Program-made: the position numbers and the translations under genes
The notes under the pieces: model-generated
What the model saw: only the letters and a program-made list of their open reading frames with translations
Database searches by the model: none
Told to the model about the DNA's origin: nothing
Assembly: GCA_965205975.1 (NCBI GenBank)
Contig: OZ242195.1
Location: 704,001-768,000 of the forward strand
Source: Candidatus Latescibacterota bacterium
Lineage (GTDB): Bacteria > Latescibacterota > UBA2968
Length of the DNA stretch: 64,000 bases
Direction: 5' to 3'
In this document: positions 10,622-20,275 of the stretch, piece after piece
How the letters are laid out: each line of letters starts with the position of its first letter
How positions within the stretch are numbered: the stretch's first letter is position 1

Positions 10622-12382
10622 ATGAGCAACCGTCACGAGCAACGCGCTCCTGACGTTCAATACGAACCCGATGAGAGTCCTCCGGCGCTTGTGTCTCTGG
10701 GCAGCGGCCTGCAACTGGTAGTCCTCGGCATAACGAGCATCATCTTTATCCCCACAATTGTCATCAGAGCCAGCGGCGGAACCGATGCGTACCTGTCCTG
10801 GGCCGTGTTCGGCGCCGTCGCGGTCAGTGGCCTCTGCACGGCCCTGCAAGCGTTCAGGCTGAGCCGGGTCGGAGCGGGATATTTGCTCTTTATGGGCCCC
10901 GCCGGAGCCTATATCGGAGTCTGCGTCAGCGCCCTCATCGAGGGTGGTCCAGCGCTGCTCGCTACCCTGGTCGTCGCATCGTCGCTCGTCCCGATCGTGA
11001 TTTCGATGCGACTGGCCCTGTTCAGGCGGCTTCTCACACCGACCATCGTCGGTACCGTGAACATGCTGATACCTGCGACCGTGCTGCCGGTCGTATTCAG
11101 TCGCCTGGCCGCTGCGCCGCTCGACACGGCGCTCAGTGCGCCGCTCACTGCGGTAGCGACGGGTCTGGTCATCGGAGGCATCTCTCTGAAGGCGGGGGCA
11201 ACGCTGCGTTTATGGGCACCGCTCATCGGGGTGATTGCGGGTTCGGTCATTGGCGGAGCGATGGGACTCTATGACCTCGATCTGGTTGCCAGGGCTGCGT
11301 GGATCGGATTGCCACAGGGCAACTGGCCGGGTATTGGACTCGACCTCGGTCCTGCCTTCGTGGGACTTCTGCCTGCCTTCGCGTTTGTGGCCCTCATCGG
11401 CGCCATCCAGACGATTACTGGTGCGGTCGCCATCCAGCGCGTATCGTGGCGCCGGCCTCGGGCCGTGGACTACCGTGCGGTGGAGGGTGCGGTGACGGCG
11501 GACGGCATCGGCAAACTGCTATCGGGCATCACGGGGATCGTACCGACTCAGACCATCGGAGTCAGCGTCCCGACGGTAGAGCTTACGGGGGTCGCGGCCC
11601 GCCGCGTGGGAATCGTTGCCGCCGGCGTGCTGATCGTGCTGGCGTTTCTGCCCAAGGCACTTGCCATGATACTGGCGATACCCAGCCCGGTCATCGTCGC
11701 CTATCTGACCGTCGTGCTGGCGCTGACCTTTGTCCGTGGGATGACGGAGGTGGTACAGGACGGGATTGATCATCGCAAAGCGCTGATCGCCGGTGTCGCC
11801 TTCTGGGTTGGCGTCGGCTGCCAGAACGATCTCTTATTTCCCGAGCTTCTCGCGGAGTTGGGGGGTGGTCTGCTGGGGAACGGCATAACGGCCGGGGGCA
11901 TCATGGCGATTCTCATGACCTTGTTCTTGGAAGTGACTTCGCCCCGCCGCAGCCGGATCGAAGTGGCGCTCGATCTGTCCGTGTTGCCGAAGATCAGGGC
12001 GTTCCTCAATGCGTTCGCATCCCGCAACGGCTGGGGGGCGAAGATGGTCGATCGTCTCGACGCAGCCAGCGAGGAGACGTTGCTGACGCTGATCGGGCAG
12101 GACGAGGGCCAGGAGAAACGCGAGCAGCGGCGCCTTCTTGTGAAGGCACACAAGGAGAGCGGCGATGCTGTCCTCGAGTTCATTGCCGCGGTGGGCGAGG
12201 AGAACGTTCAGGACCGGATCGGATTGCTGGCGGACCGGCCCGATGACGTGCTGATGGAGCGGGAGGTCTCGCTACGGCTGTTGCGGCACATCGCGTCCTC
12301 TGTTCGCCACCAGCAATTCCACGACACGGATATCGTGACCGTCCAGGTAAAAGTTCCGGAGACGGGCGATGAGAACCGTTAA
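10622..12382 (+). CDS. NCS2 (xanthine/uracil) family permease with C-terminal RsbW/HATPase-like domain
   Basis: AGGAGG RBS; many hydrophobic segments; TALQAFRLSRVGAG, ADGIG, ELTGVAARRV, AIPSPV; about 145-aa soluble C-terminal domain from about 11942. Confidence 0.85.
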   Translation: MSNRHEQRAPDVQYEPDESPPALVSLGSGLQLVVLGITSIIFIPTIVIRASGGTDAYLSWAVFGAVAVSGLCTALQAFRLSRVGAGYLLFMGPAGAYIGVCVSALIEGGPALLATLVVASSLVPIVISMRLALFRRLLTPTIVGTVNMLIPATVLPVVFSRLAAAPLDTALSAPLTAVATGLVIGGISLKAGATLRLWAPLIGVIAGSVIGGAMGLYDLDLVARAAWIGLPQGNWPGIGLDLGPAFVGLLPAFAFVALIGAIQTITGAVAIQRVSWRRPRAVDYRAVEGAVTADGIGKLLSGITGIVPTQTIGVSVPTVELTGVAARRVGIVAAGVLIVLAFLPKALAMILAIPSPVIVAYLTVVLALTFVRGMTEVVQDGIDHRKALIAGVAFWVGVGCQNDLLFPELLAELGGGLLGNGITAGGIMAILMTLFLEVTSPRRSRIEVALDLSVLPKIRAFLNAFASRNGWGAKMVDRLDAASEETLLTLIGQDEGQEKREQRRLLVKAHKESGDAVLEFIAAVGEENVQDRIGLLADRPDDVLMEREVSLRLLRHIASSVRHQQFHDTDIVTVQVKVPETGDENR

Positions 12383-13018
12383 ATGGGCAGGAAGCATTTG
12401 AAACATGAAGAAGTGTTCGAGCGGGCCTGGACCGACCCGGGCAACACCCGAATTGAGCTGTCTCCGGTTGACATCAATCTGGTGCTCGCCCAGTATTACC
12501 GCACGAACGAACCGCTCAGGTTTACCCGGACCATGTTGTGGGACATGGAGGTGAAAAAGGCGTTTCGGCCCGATCTCTATATTCCTTCTGTTGTAACGGC
12601 GGGCAGCTCCCACTATTGGCGCGAGCAAGCGGCGGCAGACGGAGCCGAATCCTTTGTGCGATGCTCGCGGCAGCGCCTCTGGCTCAAGCCGTCAGAGCAC
12701 GGGTTGGTCCTCGAACAGGTCCTCCTTAATCCTGCGCGGCAGAGTGCCACTTTCATCGGGGCAGCGGAACTCCTCGACAAGGAGGGGAACTTGCTTCGAG
12801 CAGGCAAAGGACAGCCACTCTTTCACGTTGAGCATTCTGTCGATGGTGACGAATTGCGACCTCTGAACCTGTGGCGCATCGTTTATCTCACGGACAGAAC
12901 CGAGCAGAAACTGATCGAGCGGTTCACGCTTGCGAAGGACGTGTGGCTGCGTGAGTTCGTCGAAATCTACATCCGACAGGACTTGAAGATCGAGTTGACC
13001 CGGAGGAATGTCTTGTGA
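12383..13018 (+). CDS. Hypothetical protein, AtaL/DUF1857-like (START/SRPBCC fold)
   Basis: FTRTMLWDMEVKKAFRPDLYIP resembles the AtaL-type LTRxxLWxxLxxKAxxPxxF pattern; ATG directly follows upstream TAA. Confidence 0.55.
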   Translation: MGRKHLKHEEVFERAWTDPGNTRIELSPVDINLVLAQYYRTNEPLRFTRTMLWDMEVKKAFRPDLYIPSVVTAGSSHYWREQAAADGAESFVRCSRQRLWLKPSEHGLVLEQVLLNPARQSATFIGAAELLDKEGNLLRAGKGQPLFHVEHSVDGDELRPLNLWRIVYLTDRTEQKLIERFTLAKDVWLREFVEIYIRQDLKIELTRRNVL

Positions 13019-13058
13019 GAGAACTACCCACCGAGAAACCTGCAGGGGAGCCGCTCTG

Positions 13059-13973
13059 ATGAAGATCCAGGACATTCGTCATGTCGGGTTGCTGTCACCC
13101 GTGATCGCGACCCATGCCAGGTTCTACCTCGAGGTCTGGGGACTCCGATCGGCCGGAGAAGACCGGCACGCACGATATCTCCGTGGCGCGTTGACCGAGC
13201 ACCACATTCTCAGCCTGCATCAAGCGGAACGGTGTGGGCTCCACCACTTAGCCTTCAGCGTTGACGGACGCGACGCAGTTGACGCGGCGGCAACCGAACT
13301 CGAGTGCCGGGGAATTACTCTGCTGGCGCCTCCGGATGACCTGGACGAACCTGGCGGCGGATACGGGCTGCGGTTTCTCGACCCCGAAAACCGCTGCATT
13401 GAGCTATCGGCAGGCGTGGCCGAACACCCGAACGGCTGGTCTGTTAGGAAAGTCGGCCCCCGCCAGCTATGCCACGTGGGTCTCAACACCCGGTGGTTCG
13501 AGCAAACCGTGACGTTCTACACCGAAATTCTCGGGTTTCGGGTCTCGGACTGGATTGAGAACGAGATGGTCTTCCTGCGATGCGACCGGAGACATCACGT
13601 CATTGTCTTCAATCGTGCAGATTACGCATCGGTCAACCATGTTGCGTACGTGATGGCTAATGTAGATGACGTGATGAAAGGGGTCTCCAACCTGCGTGCC
13701 CAGGGGCAGGAACCCGACTGGGGACCGGGGCGCCACGGCCCGGGCAACAATATCTTCTGCTACTACAAGGATCCGGCTGGATACGTGAACGAATTCTCCA
13801 GCGACATAGATTACATCGAAGACGACGCAACGCACAAACCCGCGGTGTGGAGACGGGTGCCGGAAACTGCGGACCTCTGGGGTACGGCCGGACCGCCCAG
13901 CCCCGAGGTTCGGAAGGCAATGGCCGGCGACCCTGATCCAGGCTGGGCTGTGAAGGACATCAACGTGGATTGA
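13059..13973 (+). CDS. VOC-family extradiol (catechol 2,3-) dioxygenase
   Basis: Two VOC domains; HVGLN, RHHVI, NHVAY, GPGRHGPGNNIFCYYKDPAGYVNEF. Confidence 0.88.
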   Translation: MKIQDIRHVGLLSPVIATHARFYLEVWGLRSAGEDRHARYLRGALTEHHILSLHQAERCGLHHLAFSVDGRDAVDAAATELECRGITLLAPPDDLDEPGGGYGLRFLDPENRCIELSAGVAEHPNGWSVRKVGPRQLCHVGLNTRWFEQTVTFYTEILGFRVSDWIENEMVFLRCDRRHHVIVFNRADYASVNHVAYVMANVDDVMKGVSNLRAQGQEPDWGPGRHGPGNNIFCYYKDPAGYVNEFSSDIDYIEDDATHKPAVWRRVPETADLWGTAGPPSPEVRKAMAGDPDPGWAVKDINVD

Positions 13974-13997
13974 TAGGGAGGTCGCCGCAGTGTTTAG

Positions 13998-14028
13998 GGG
14001 GAGGACACCTGCATTCGGTGTCCTCCCC
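13998..14028. terminator. Intrinsic terminator hairpin between convergent genes
   Basis: GGGGAGGACACC-TGCATTC-GGTGTCCTCCCC, 12-bp perfect stem followed by TTATGTCTT. Confidence 0.75.
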
Positions 14029-14044
14029 TTATGTCTTGTGAATA

Positions 14045-15892
14045 TCATCGGTCAATCGGTTCGTCGCCGGAGACCAGATTAACGAGATCGCCCGGCCGAA
14101 GGGTCAGATTCGGGGAGGTGTGGAGCGCATTCCCGATCGGGTCAGGGTCTGCTTCGGTGTAGGGGAAACCGGTGGGGGGCAGGTCGGGATGTTCTGCTCT
14201 GAACTGGACGGGATCCCCAGAGAGATCCTGCGAGAGCGACCAATGGGAAAGGGACTCCGCGAAGGCGGCGAAACTTCCATCCGGACCCGGTTCCTGAACA
14301 TCTACGAGGACGATACAGTCGAGGGGATGATCACCGCGCTGTAATGACTCTCCTCCATAGAGTCGAAGGTGCAGCCTCAACTCGGTGTCCTCGCCATAGG
14401 CCAGACGTGCGTGACCTTGCCGGGCTTCGCCGTCCTGGGTTAGAAGCAGAGGTACGATCCCATAGTAAAGATCGCCGTAGGAGACAGCGACCGACTGACC
14501 CGGCTGGAGTTGTATGTCTCTGCCACCCCAGTCCACGTTGCCGATGCGCACTTCCCGGATGGTATCCCGCAGGCCGAACAGCACGCGGGGTTCGCAGTAG
14601 AACGTCGGGTCGTTCAGGAATCGCTCTTCCTCGTTTTCCGGTCTTTCGTAGTGGAGGCGACCTATGACGCGAGCGCCTTCCTGGCGAGACGTGAATGTCG
14701 CGCATGGCATATGCAGGAACGATTCATCCGGGATTAGGGGGACGCTGGCGCGCTCATCGGTCCTGTTGCGGACGAGCAGAATATAGGATGGTGGGGAGTG
14801 ACCGCCCACGGTTTGCAGGCACTGGGAGGCCAGGCTCCAGTCGGGGGTCAGGAAGTGCGTTCGTCGCGAACCGAGTGAGATACTGCGGTCGTGGATTTCG
14901 CTGGTGCCTGACTTTTCCCGAGCGAGGGTGCGGACGGCATCGGGAGGCACGTAATCGAACACAGTGTGTCTGATAAAGATTTCATTATTCAAAGTCCCCG
15001 CGTAGATGTTGCCCGCGTCGGGAGGACACGGGGTGCCGAATTTGATGTGGCCGTAAAACGCCGAGGACGTGCTCGCGCCGTGCAGCGCGTCATTTTGATA
15101 CGCCCGGGAAGGTGCCCCTGCCAGGAATCCGTTGGGCAGCATATTGAGCGCAAGCTGGTAGGTGATGAGATCCATCGTCCGTTTCAACTGATCGCGGAAC
15201 TGGCTGTCTCGCGCGTAGTTCCATGCCGCTTCCAGGCCGTGGAGGGTGACCGGGGTGTATCCCGGGCTGTTGAATTCGTGGAACCCATCCGCCGAAGTGC
15301 CTTTGACCCAGACATCGAAGGCTTCGGCTGCCTCGGCTTCGATTGAGGCATCGTCGAGGGTGCGCGAGAGGGCGACCCGACCACCAATATTCAAGGAGTA
15401 GATGTTGGAGTACTGCCACCTGGCGGTGTGGTTGCGGATGCCTTCTACGGCATTCGGAAATGCGGCCTCCATTGCGTTCTTTGTTTCGGGTGTCAGCTTG
15501 TTCTGGAAGTCGAGATAGGCATAAACGAGAGGAATGGTGATAAAAGAAACCGCGTTTCGGTCTTTGACGCGGTCCCAGTGCGTCATCCAGAAGAAATTGC
15601 CGAAGGTCTCGGAGCCAGGTTCGAGATCCTGGCCCTCAAGCACGCTGTGGATGATGCGATTGGCCTCACCGGCGTCATCCGTGCCGTATGTCCGGTCGTC
15701 TGATAAGAGAAGCAGAACGGCGTACCAAATGGAAGCCGTACGCGTGTGTCCTGTGAAGCGGGGAAAAAATGGATCGAAGTTCCGAAGAAGGGCGACGACC
15801 GGATCGTAGTTCCGGTCGTCGTTCTTGCGGAACCGGTCGCGCAGGTACGCAACACGGCCGCGTTGTTCACGAAGGATGGGGTCGATGTTCAT
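14045..15892 (-). CDS. Hypothetical protein, possibly heparinase II/III-like helical toroid plus beta domain
   Basis: Long ORF with AAGGAG RBS; DRNAVSF, YSNI, GFHEFNSPGY segments; fold assignment tentative. Confidence 0.6.
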   Translation of the reverse strand: MNIDPILREQRGRVAYLRDRFRKNDDRNYDPVVALLRNFDPFFPRFTGHTRTASIWYAVLLLLSDDRTYGTDDAGEANRIIHSVLEGQDLEPGSETFGNFFWMTHWDRVKDRNAVSFITIPLVYAYLDFQNKLTPETKNAMEAAFPNAVEGIRNHTARWQYSNIYSLNIGGRVALSRTLDDASIEAEAAEAFDVWVKGTSADGFHEFNSPGYTPVTLHGLEAAWNYARDSQFRDQLKRTMDLITYQLALNMLPNGFLAGAPSRAYQNDALHGASTSSAFYGHIKFGTPCPPDAGNIYAGTLNNEIFIRHTVFDYVPPDAVRTLAREKSGTSEIHDRSISLGSRRTHFLTPDWSLASQCLQTVGGHSPPSYILLVRNRTDERASVPLIPDESFLHMPCATFTSRQEGARVIGRLHYERPENEEERFLNDPTFYCEPRVLFGLRDTIREVRIGNVDWGGRDIQLQPGQSVAVSYGDLYYGIVPLLLTQDGEARQGHARLAYGEDTELRLHLRLYGGESLQRGDHPLDCIVLVDVQEPGPDGSFAAFAESLSHWSLSQDLSGDPVQFRAEHPDLPPTGFPYTEADPDPIGNALHTSPNLTLRPGDLVNLVSGDEPIDR

Positions 15893-15964
15893 CGGAGGCT
15901 CCTTTAACATTAACCGGTTGAGTAGTATATCCTATTTCGTTCATTCCAAAAATAGAAGAACACC

Positions 15965-17077
15965 ATGTGTCAACGCATTACGACTTTTGCCATCATCGCC
16001 ATCACACTGATATTGGTCGCATTGTTCATCACAGGTAGGACACTGCCCTCAACTACTGCAGCGTGTCCTGGAGATTTTGACGGTAATAGACGTGTTAATA
16101 TAGCCGATTTTCTGGCCTTTGTAGAGGTCTTTGGCACCAGTTCTGTGGATGCGAATTACAATGCACAGATGGATTTTGACAGTAGTGGGCGCGTTGATAT
16201 AGCCGATTTTCTGGCTTTTGTAGAGGTCTTTGGTACAGAGTGCGGTGATGGTGGTGATACAAATGCAACGGGTTTATTTACACAAACACTTTACCATGAT
16301 GGTGTAACAAGAGAATATATTATATATGTGCCTGAGACTTATGATGGAACTTCAAAAGTTCCACTCATGCTTAATTTTCACGGATATGGTGGGATTGCAA
16401 ACCAATACTTAAAATATGCAGATATGCGGCCTCTGGCAGATATAGAAAATTTTATTCTGGTTTATCCTCAGGGGACCTTGCTGAATGGAGATCCGCACTG
16501 GAATTCTGGTTTAAGATCAGATGATAATAAAAGTGATGCGGATGACTTTGGCTTTGCGGAAGCATTAATTGATGAAATTTGTTCCAATTACAACATTGAT
16601 CCAACAAGAGTATATTCCTGTGGTTACTCAAATGGCGCTTTTTTTTCTTATGCACTTGCTTGCTATCACAGTGACAAAATAGCGGCCATAGGTTCTGTTG
16701 CCGGAACAATGATGGAGGAAACATATAACAACTGTAGGCCATCACACCCTACGGCTATGATAAATATTCACGGTACTTCAGACTATGTTGTCCCTTATGG
16801 TGGGGGAAGTGCAGGGTTATTATCAATTGATGGGGTGCTTGCTTATTGGATAGGGTTTAATAACGCCAGTACTGCTCCGATAGTGAATCGTATGAATGAT
16901 CGTGGCGTAACCATAGAACATTATTCATATACGGATGGAGACAACAATACTTCTGTAGAGCATTACAAGGTTATTGACGGAGGGCATGTCTGGTTTGATA
17001 TTAGCTACGATGGCTCTAATACCAGTCGTTTAATCTGGAATTTTGTGTCGAGATATGATATTAATGGATTGAGATAA
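15965..17077 (+). CDS. Secreted LpqC/PHB-depolymerase-family esterase with N-terminal dockerin/EF-hand repeats
   Basis: Hydrophobic signal; two DFDxxxxVxIADFLAFVEVFG repeats; FHGYG, GYSNG, HGTSD, GGHVW triad motifs. Confidence 0.88.
   Translation: MCQRITTFAIIAITLILVALFITGRTLPSTTAACPGDFDGNRRVNIADFLAFVEVFGTSSVDANYNAQMDFDSSGRVDIADFLAFVEVFGTECGDGGDTNATGLFTQTLYHDGVTREYIIYVPETYDGTSKVPLMLNFHGYGGIANQYLKYADMRPLADIENFILVYPQGTLLNGDPHWNSGLRSDDNKSDADDFGFAEALIDEICSNYNIDPTRVYSCGYSNGAFFSYALACYHSDKIAAIGSVAGTMMEETYNNCRPSHPTAMINIHGTSDYVVPYGGGSAGLLSIDGVLAYWIGFNNASTAPIVNRMNDRGVTIEHYSYTDGDNNTSVEHYKVIDGGHVWFDISYDGSNTSRLIWNFVSRYDINGLR
16073..16237 (+). repeat. Intragenic direct repeat encoding the dockerin/EF-hand pair
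   Basis: GATTTTGAC...ATATAGCCGATTTTCTGGCyTTTGTAGAGGTCTTTGG at 16073 and 16172 (99-nt period). Confidence 0.9.
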
Positions 17078-17111
17078 TCATATCAAACATCAACCGGATG
17101 GACGTGACGCG

Positions 17112-18179
17112 ATGAGTGAACAACAACTTTTTCAGGAACGAGTGGTCAAGGTCGAGCGACCAGAGCACCACTTTGTCCTTTTGATTGCAACTGACGGCGC
17201 TATGCTTGGACTGGAGGACGGGGGTGATCTCGCATTGTACGATGAGGCGGATGACCGCGTGATATGGGACCGCACTGCGGATGGTGTGAGGCACGTGGCG
17301 TCCGGTGTGAAACTCGCTGTAGGGATCGATGACACGACCTGCGTGTTGTCGGTTGGCGAGGAGGAGATGACATTCACCGTCAGCCATGGTCCTGAGAAGC
17401 TGCCGTCTGAATATCTCGAGCATCTGCAGCGCGAAGGCTGGGTGTGTCTGACCTGTATTCTGTCACCTGAAGTTTTGGAAGACTTGGAGCGCGTCGCCGG
17501 TACAGATCGTTACGAATATTTGGAGGTGAACAACGAGATACCCAAGGTCTGTCAGAGTGTCGCTGTTGGCAGGGCGGTTACCGAGCCAATCTCCATCTGG
17601 CTGGCCAGGCAGTATATGCAGGCCCGGGATTTACACCTGGGGCATCCCCCGGGCTTTAGAGTGCTGGACCCGGACGATGGCAAAAGCAAACTTGGTGGTT
17701 GGCATTCTGATTTTCCTTATACGGCGTCAACCGGTGGGGACGAGATTGCCTACCGGAAAGAACCCGTCAAGGCCATGCAGCGCAATGTTTGTGTTTCTGA
17801 CTTCACTAAGATTCGCGGTGCGACAGCATTCAAACTGGGCTCGCATCTGTCAGACACACCGCCACCGCCTGAGTGGAACGATACGCAAGAGGGGCGTGTG
17901 CCCTATAGCGGTCCTGAAGCGGATGTGGTGGAAGCGCCCGGCGGTAGCGTCATTCTCTACGATGCCAGGATGTGGCATCGGGCGGGTATCAATCGCAGTC
18001 AGCAGAAGCGGGCCGCAATGCTGCAATCGTTCCAGGTGCCGGGTGTGATGCCCAAGACGGATACCCGAAACGCCTATAAGCTCCTCGTGGAGAGTCCCGT
18101 TTATGACGAACTGAATGCGAGGGAAAAGCGGGAAATAACAGACCTTTTAACCAATCAGCCAGCAATCGCTGGCTCATAA
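17112..18179 (+). CDS. PhyH-family dioxygenase with extra N-terminal beta-rich domain
   Basis: GWHSDFPY, GAT, YDARMWHRAGIN...R; about 95-aa N-terminal extension. Confidence 0.85.
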   Translation: MSEQQLFQERVVKVERPEHHFVLLIATDGAMLGLEDGGDLALYDEADDRVIWDRTADGVRHVASGVKLAVGIDDTTCVLSVGEEEMTFTVSHGPEKLPSEYLEHLQREGWVCLTCILSPEVLEDLERVAGTDRYEYLEVNNEIPKVCQSVAVGRAVTEPISIWLARQYMQARDLHLGHPPGFRVLDPDDGKSKLGGWHSDFPYTASTGGDEIAYRKEPVKAMQRNVCVSDFTKIRGATAFKLGSHLSDTPPPPEWNDTQEGRVPYSGPEADVVEAPGGSVILYDARMWHRAGINRSQQKRAAMLQSFQVPGVMPKTDTRNAYKLLVESPVYDELNAREKREITDLLTNQPAIAGS

Positions 18180-18193
18180 TCTGAGGACACATT

Positions 18194-19027
18194 ATGCAAG
18201 TAGGAATTATGTCAGGTCAAATTGCTCGGCCGACCCTGGAAGAAACGCTCGACGCCATACTTGGACACGACATCAGGCATCTTCAATTCAATTTGGGATC
18301 CCTGAATGTGGAGGGTTCGCTATCTGATAAACTCGCAAAGGCACCCGTGGTTCGGGCGGAGATCGAAAAACGCGGTATGGTCATCGCCGCTCTGGCTGGC
18401 ACGGTCAATATGGTTCATCCCGATGAAGAAAAGCGTCAGGAAGCTATCGAGCATCTCAAATTGCTCATCCCGGCGTGTGCCCCGATGGGGACCTCGGTGA
18501 TTGCCACCTGTACCGGATCGCGCGATTCGGAGAGCATGTGGCACTGGCACCCGGATAACGAAACAGAAGAAGCTTGGCAGGTGCTACACAATACCCTGGA
18601 ACAGGTACTGCCGGTTGCCGAAGCGGCTGGTGTGATCCTTGCGTTTGAACCAGAGATAAATAACGTTGCCAGCACAGTGCATAAGAGTCGGCAACTGATT
18701 GATGAAATGGGTTCACCAAACCTGAAAGTCGTGATGGATGCTGCCAACATTTTTGGCAAAGATGACCTGTCTCGCATGAGAGAGGTATTAGACGAGGCTT
18801 TCGAGCTTTTGGGCGACCACATTGCCATGGCCCATGGCAAAGATCTGGATCGCGGTGGCGATGCCGGACATCTCGCCGCTGGTACCGGCAAGCTCGATTA
18901 CGCCCATTATGTGTCGTTACTCTGCGGGCTTCCCTTCGACGTGTCAGTCATTCTGCACGGTCTTTCCGAAGATCAGGTGGATGCCAGTGTTGCCATGCTC
19001 CGGCGTCACGCTGCAGCACACCAGTAA
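18194..19027 (+). CDS. Sugar phosphate isomerase/epimerase (xylose isomerase-like TIM barrel)
   Basis: LAFEPE, VVMDAAN, AHGKD motifs. Confidence 0.88.
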   Translation: MQVGIMSGQIARPTLEETLDAILGHDIRHLQFNLGSLNVEGSLSDKLAKAPVVRAEIEKRGMVIAALAGTVNMVHPDEEKRQEAIEHLKLLIPACAPMGTSVIATCTGSRDSESMWHWHPDNETEEAWQVLHNTLEQVLPVAEAAGVILAFEPEINNVASTVHKSRQLIDEMGSPNLKVVMDAANIFGKDDLSRMREVLDEAFELLGDHIAMAHGKDLDRGGDAGHLAAGTGKLDYAHYVSLLCGLPFDVSVILHGLSEDQVDASVAMLRRHAAAHQ

Positions 19028-19038
19028 GGATTGACGAT

Positions 19039-20241
19039 ATGAAAGCTAAAGTCGCCATTCTGGGTTGTGGAAGGGCGTCGCAAAAATGGCATTTGCCGAC
19101 AATGCACACGCTCGCCAAACACGGCGAACTCGATTTTGTCGCGCTCTGCGATATGGATAAGTCGTTAGCGAAACAGACTGGAGAAATCTATGGTGTTCCG
19201 TGGTACACCAGTGTCGAGCAGATGCTGGAAAAACACCCGGACATCATGGCCGTAGATGTCATCACCGGCGATCCCCTCCATCACGTACTTGGCAGGCTGA
19301 TCGCAGAACACGGCAAACACGTCATGGTGGAAAAGCCGATGGCGCTGACCTTGCCCTGTTGTGACATTATCATCGATACTTGTCGTCGTAATGGTGTGCA
19401 TTTCGAAGTGGCAGAAAATTATTTTCGCATGCCGAAGCAGCGGATGATCATCAAGCTCATTGAAGAGGGGATTCTGGGTGATATCGTTCGCGTGTATTTC
19501 GTTGAGCCAAAGCGGCAGGATCCGTTTGAGCCGACCGTTACGCCCAGCGGTTTGGACCGACCCATCTCTGGGTTTGGGCGCACTTCTGGCATGTGCATGG
19601 ATATGGGGGCACACCGATTGTCACAGTTGCGGTTGTACGCCCAAAGTGAGCCTCAGCAGATTACCGCGACGGCGAGAAAGTATCGGTCAGATCCCAAGAG
19701 TATCCATGAAGACTGGGCGCATGCTATGATCGATTTTGAAAGCGGCGCAGTGGGTATTTATGAGACGTCGCGCCTGGGTGAGGCACAGAAATACTGCCAG
19801 ATTATCGGTACCCTTGGCGGTATTCTCGATACCGACTATTTCGGTCCGGAAATTCCCCTGCGTTTACGCATCGGCGAGGAGATGCAGGATATTCCTGTTG
19901 AGACAGTACGTCGCAAAATCGACGGGGTGGATGTATTGCAGCGGATCGTCGTGCATACGGATCCCGAGGTCGTCTATGAGAATCCGTTTCGGGACTACGC
20001 CATCGACGACTGGTGTGTCGGTCACGCTTCCGAGATTATGAGCATCGCGAATGCAGCGCTCAACGACGAGCCTCCCGAATACGGTCTCGGCGGTCGCAAG
20101 GATGTTGAGATGGCCATGGCGATTTACGAATCTTCTCTGAATAATATGGCTCCGGTGAAACTGCCGATTGAGGGTATCACCACGTACGAACAGATGGTAC
20201 ACGAGGATTATCGCGAAAAGTTTGGCCGTCTTATTTTATGA
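19039..20241 (+). CDS. Gfo/Idh/MocA oxidoreductase
   Basis: ILGCGRAS, HVMVEKPMA, DMGAH motifs. Confidence 0.9.
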   Translation: MKAKVAILGCGRASQKWHLPTMHTLAKHGELDFVALCDMDKSLAKQTGEIYGVPWYTSVEQMLEKHPDIMAVDVITGDPLHHVLGRLIAEHGKHVMVEKPMALTLPCCDIIIDTCRRNGVHFEVAENYFRMPKQRMIIKLIEEGILGDIVRVYFVEPKRQDPFEPTVTPSGLDRPISGFGRTSGMCMDMGAHRLSQLRLYAQSEPQQITATARKYRSDPKSIHEDWAHAMIDFESGAVGIYETSRLGEAQKYCQIIGTLGGILDTDYFGPEIPLRLRIGEEMQDIPVETVRRKIDGVDVLQRIVVHTDPEVVYENPFRDYAIDDWCVGHASEIMSIANAALNDEPPEYGLGGRKDVEMAMAIYESSLNNMAPVKLPIEGITTYEQMVHEDYREKFGRLIL

Positions 20242-20275
20242 GACAATTTTTAGAAACCACGACAGGAAAACAACC

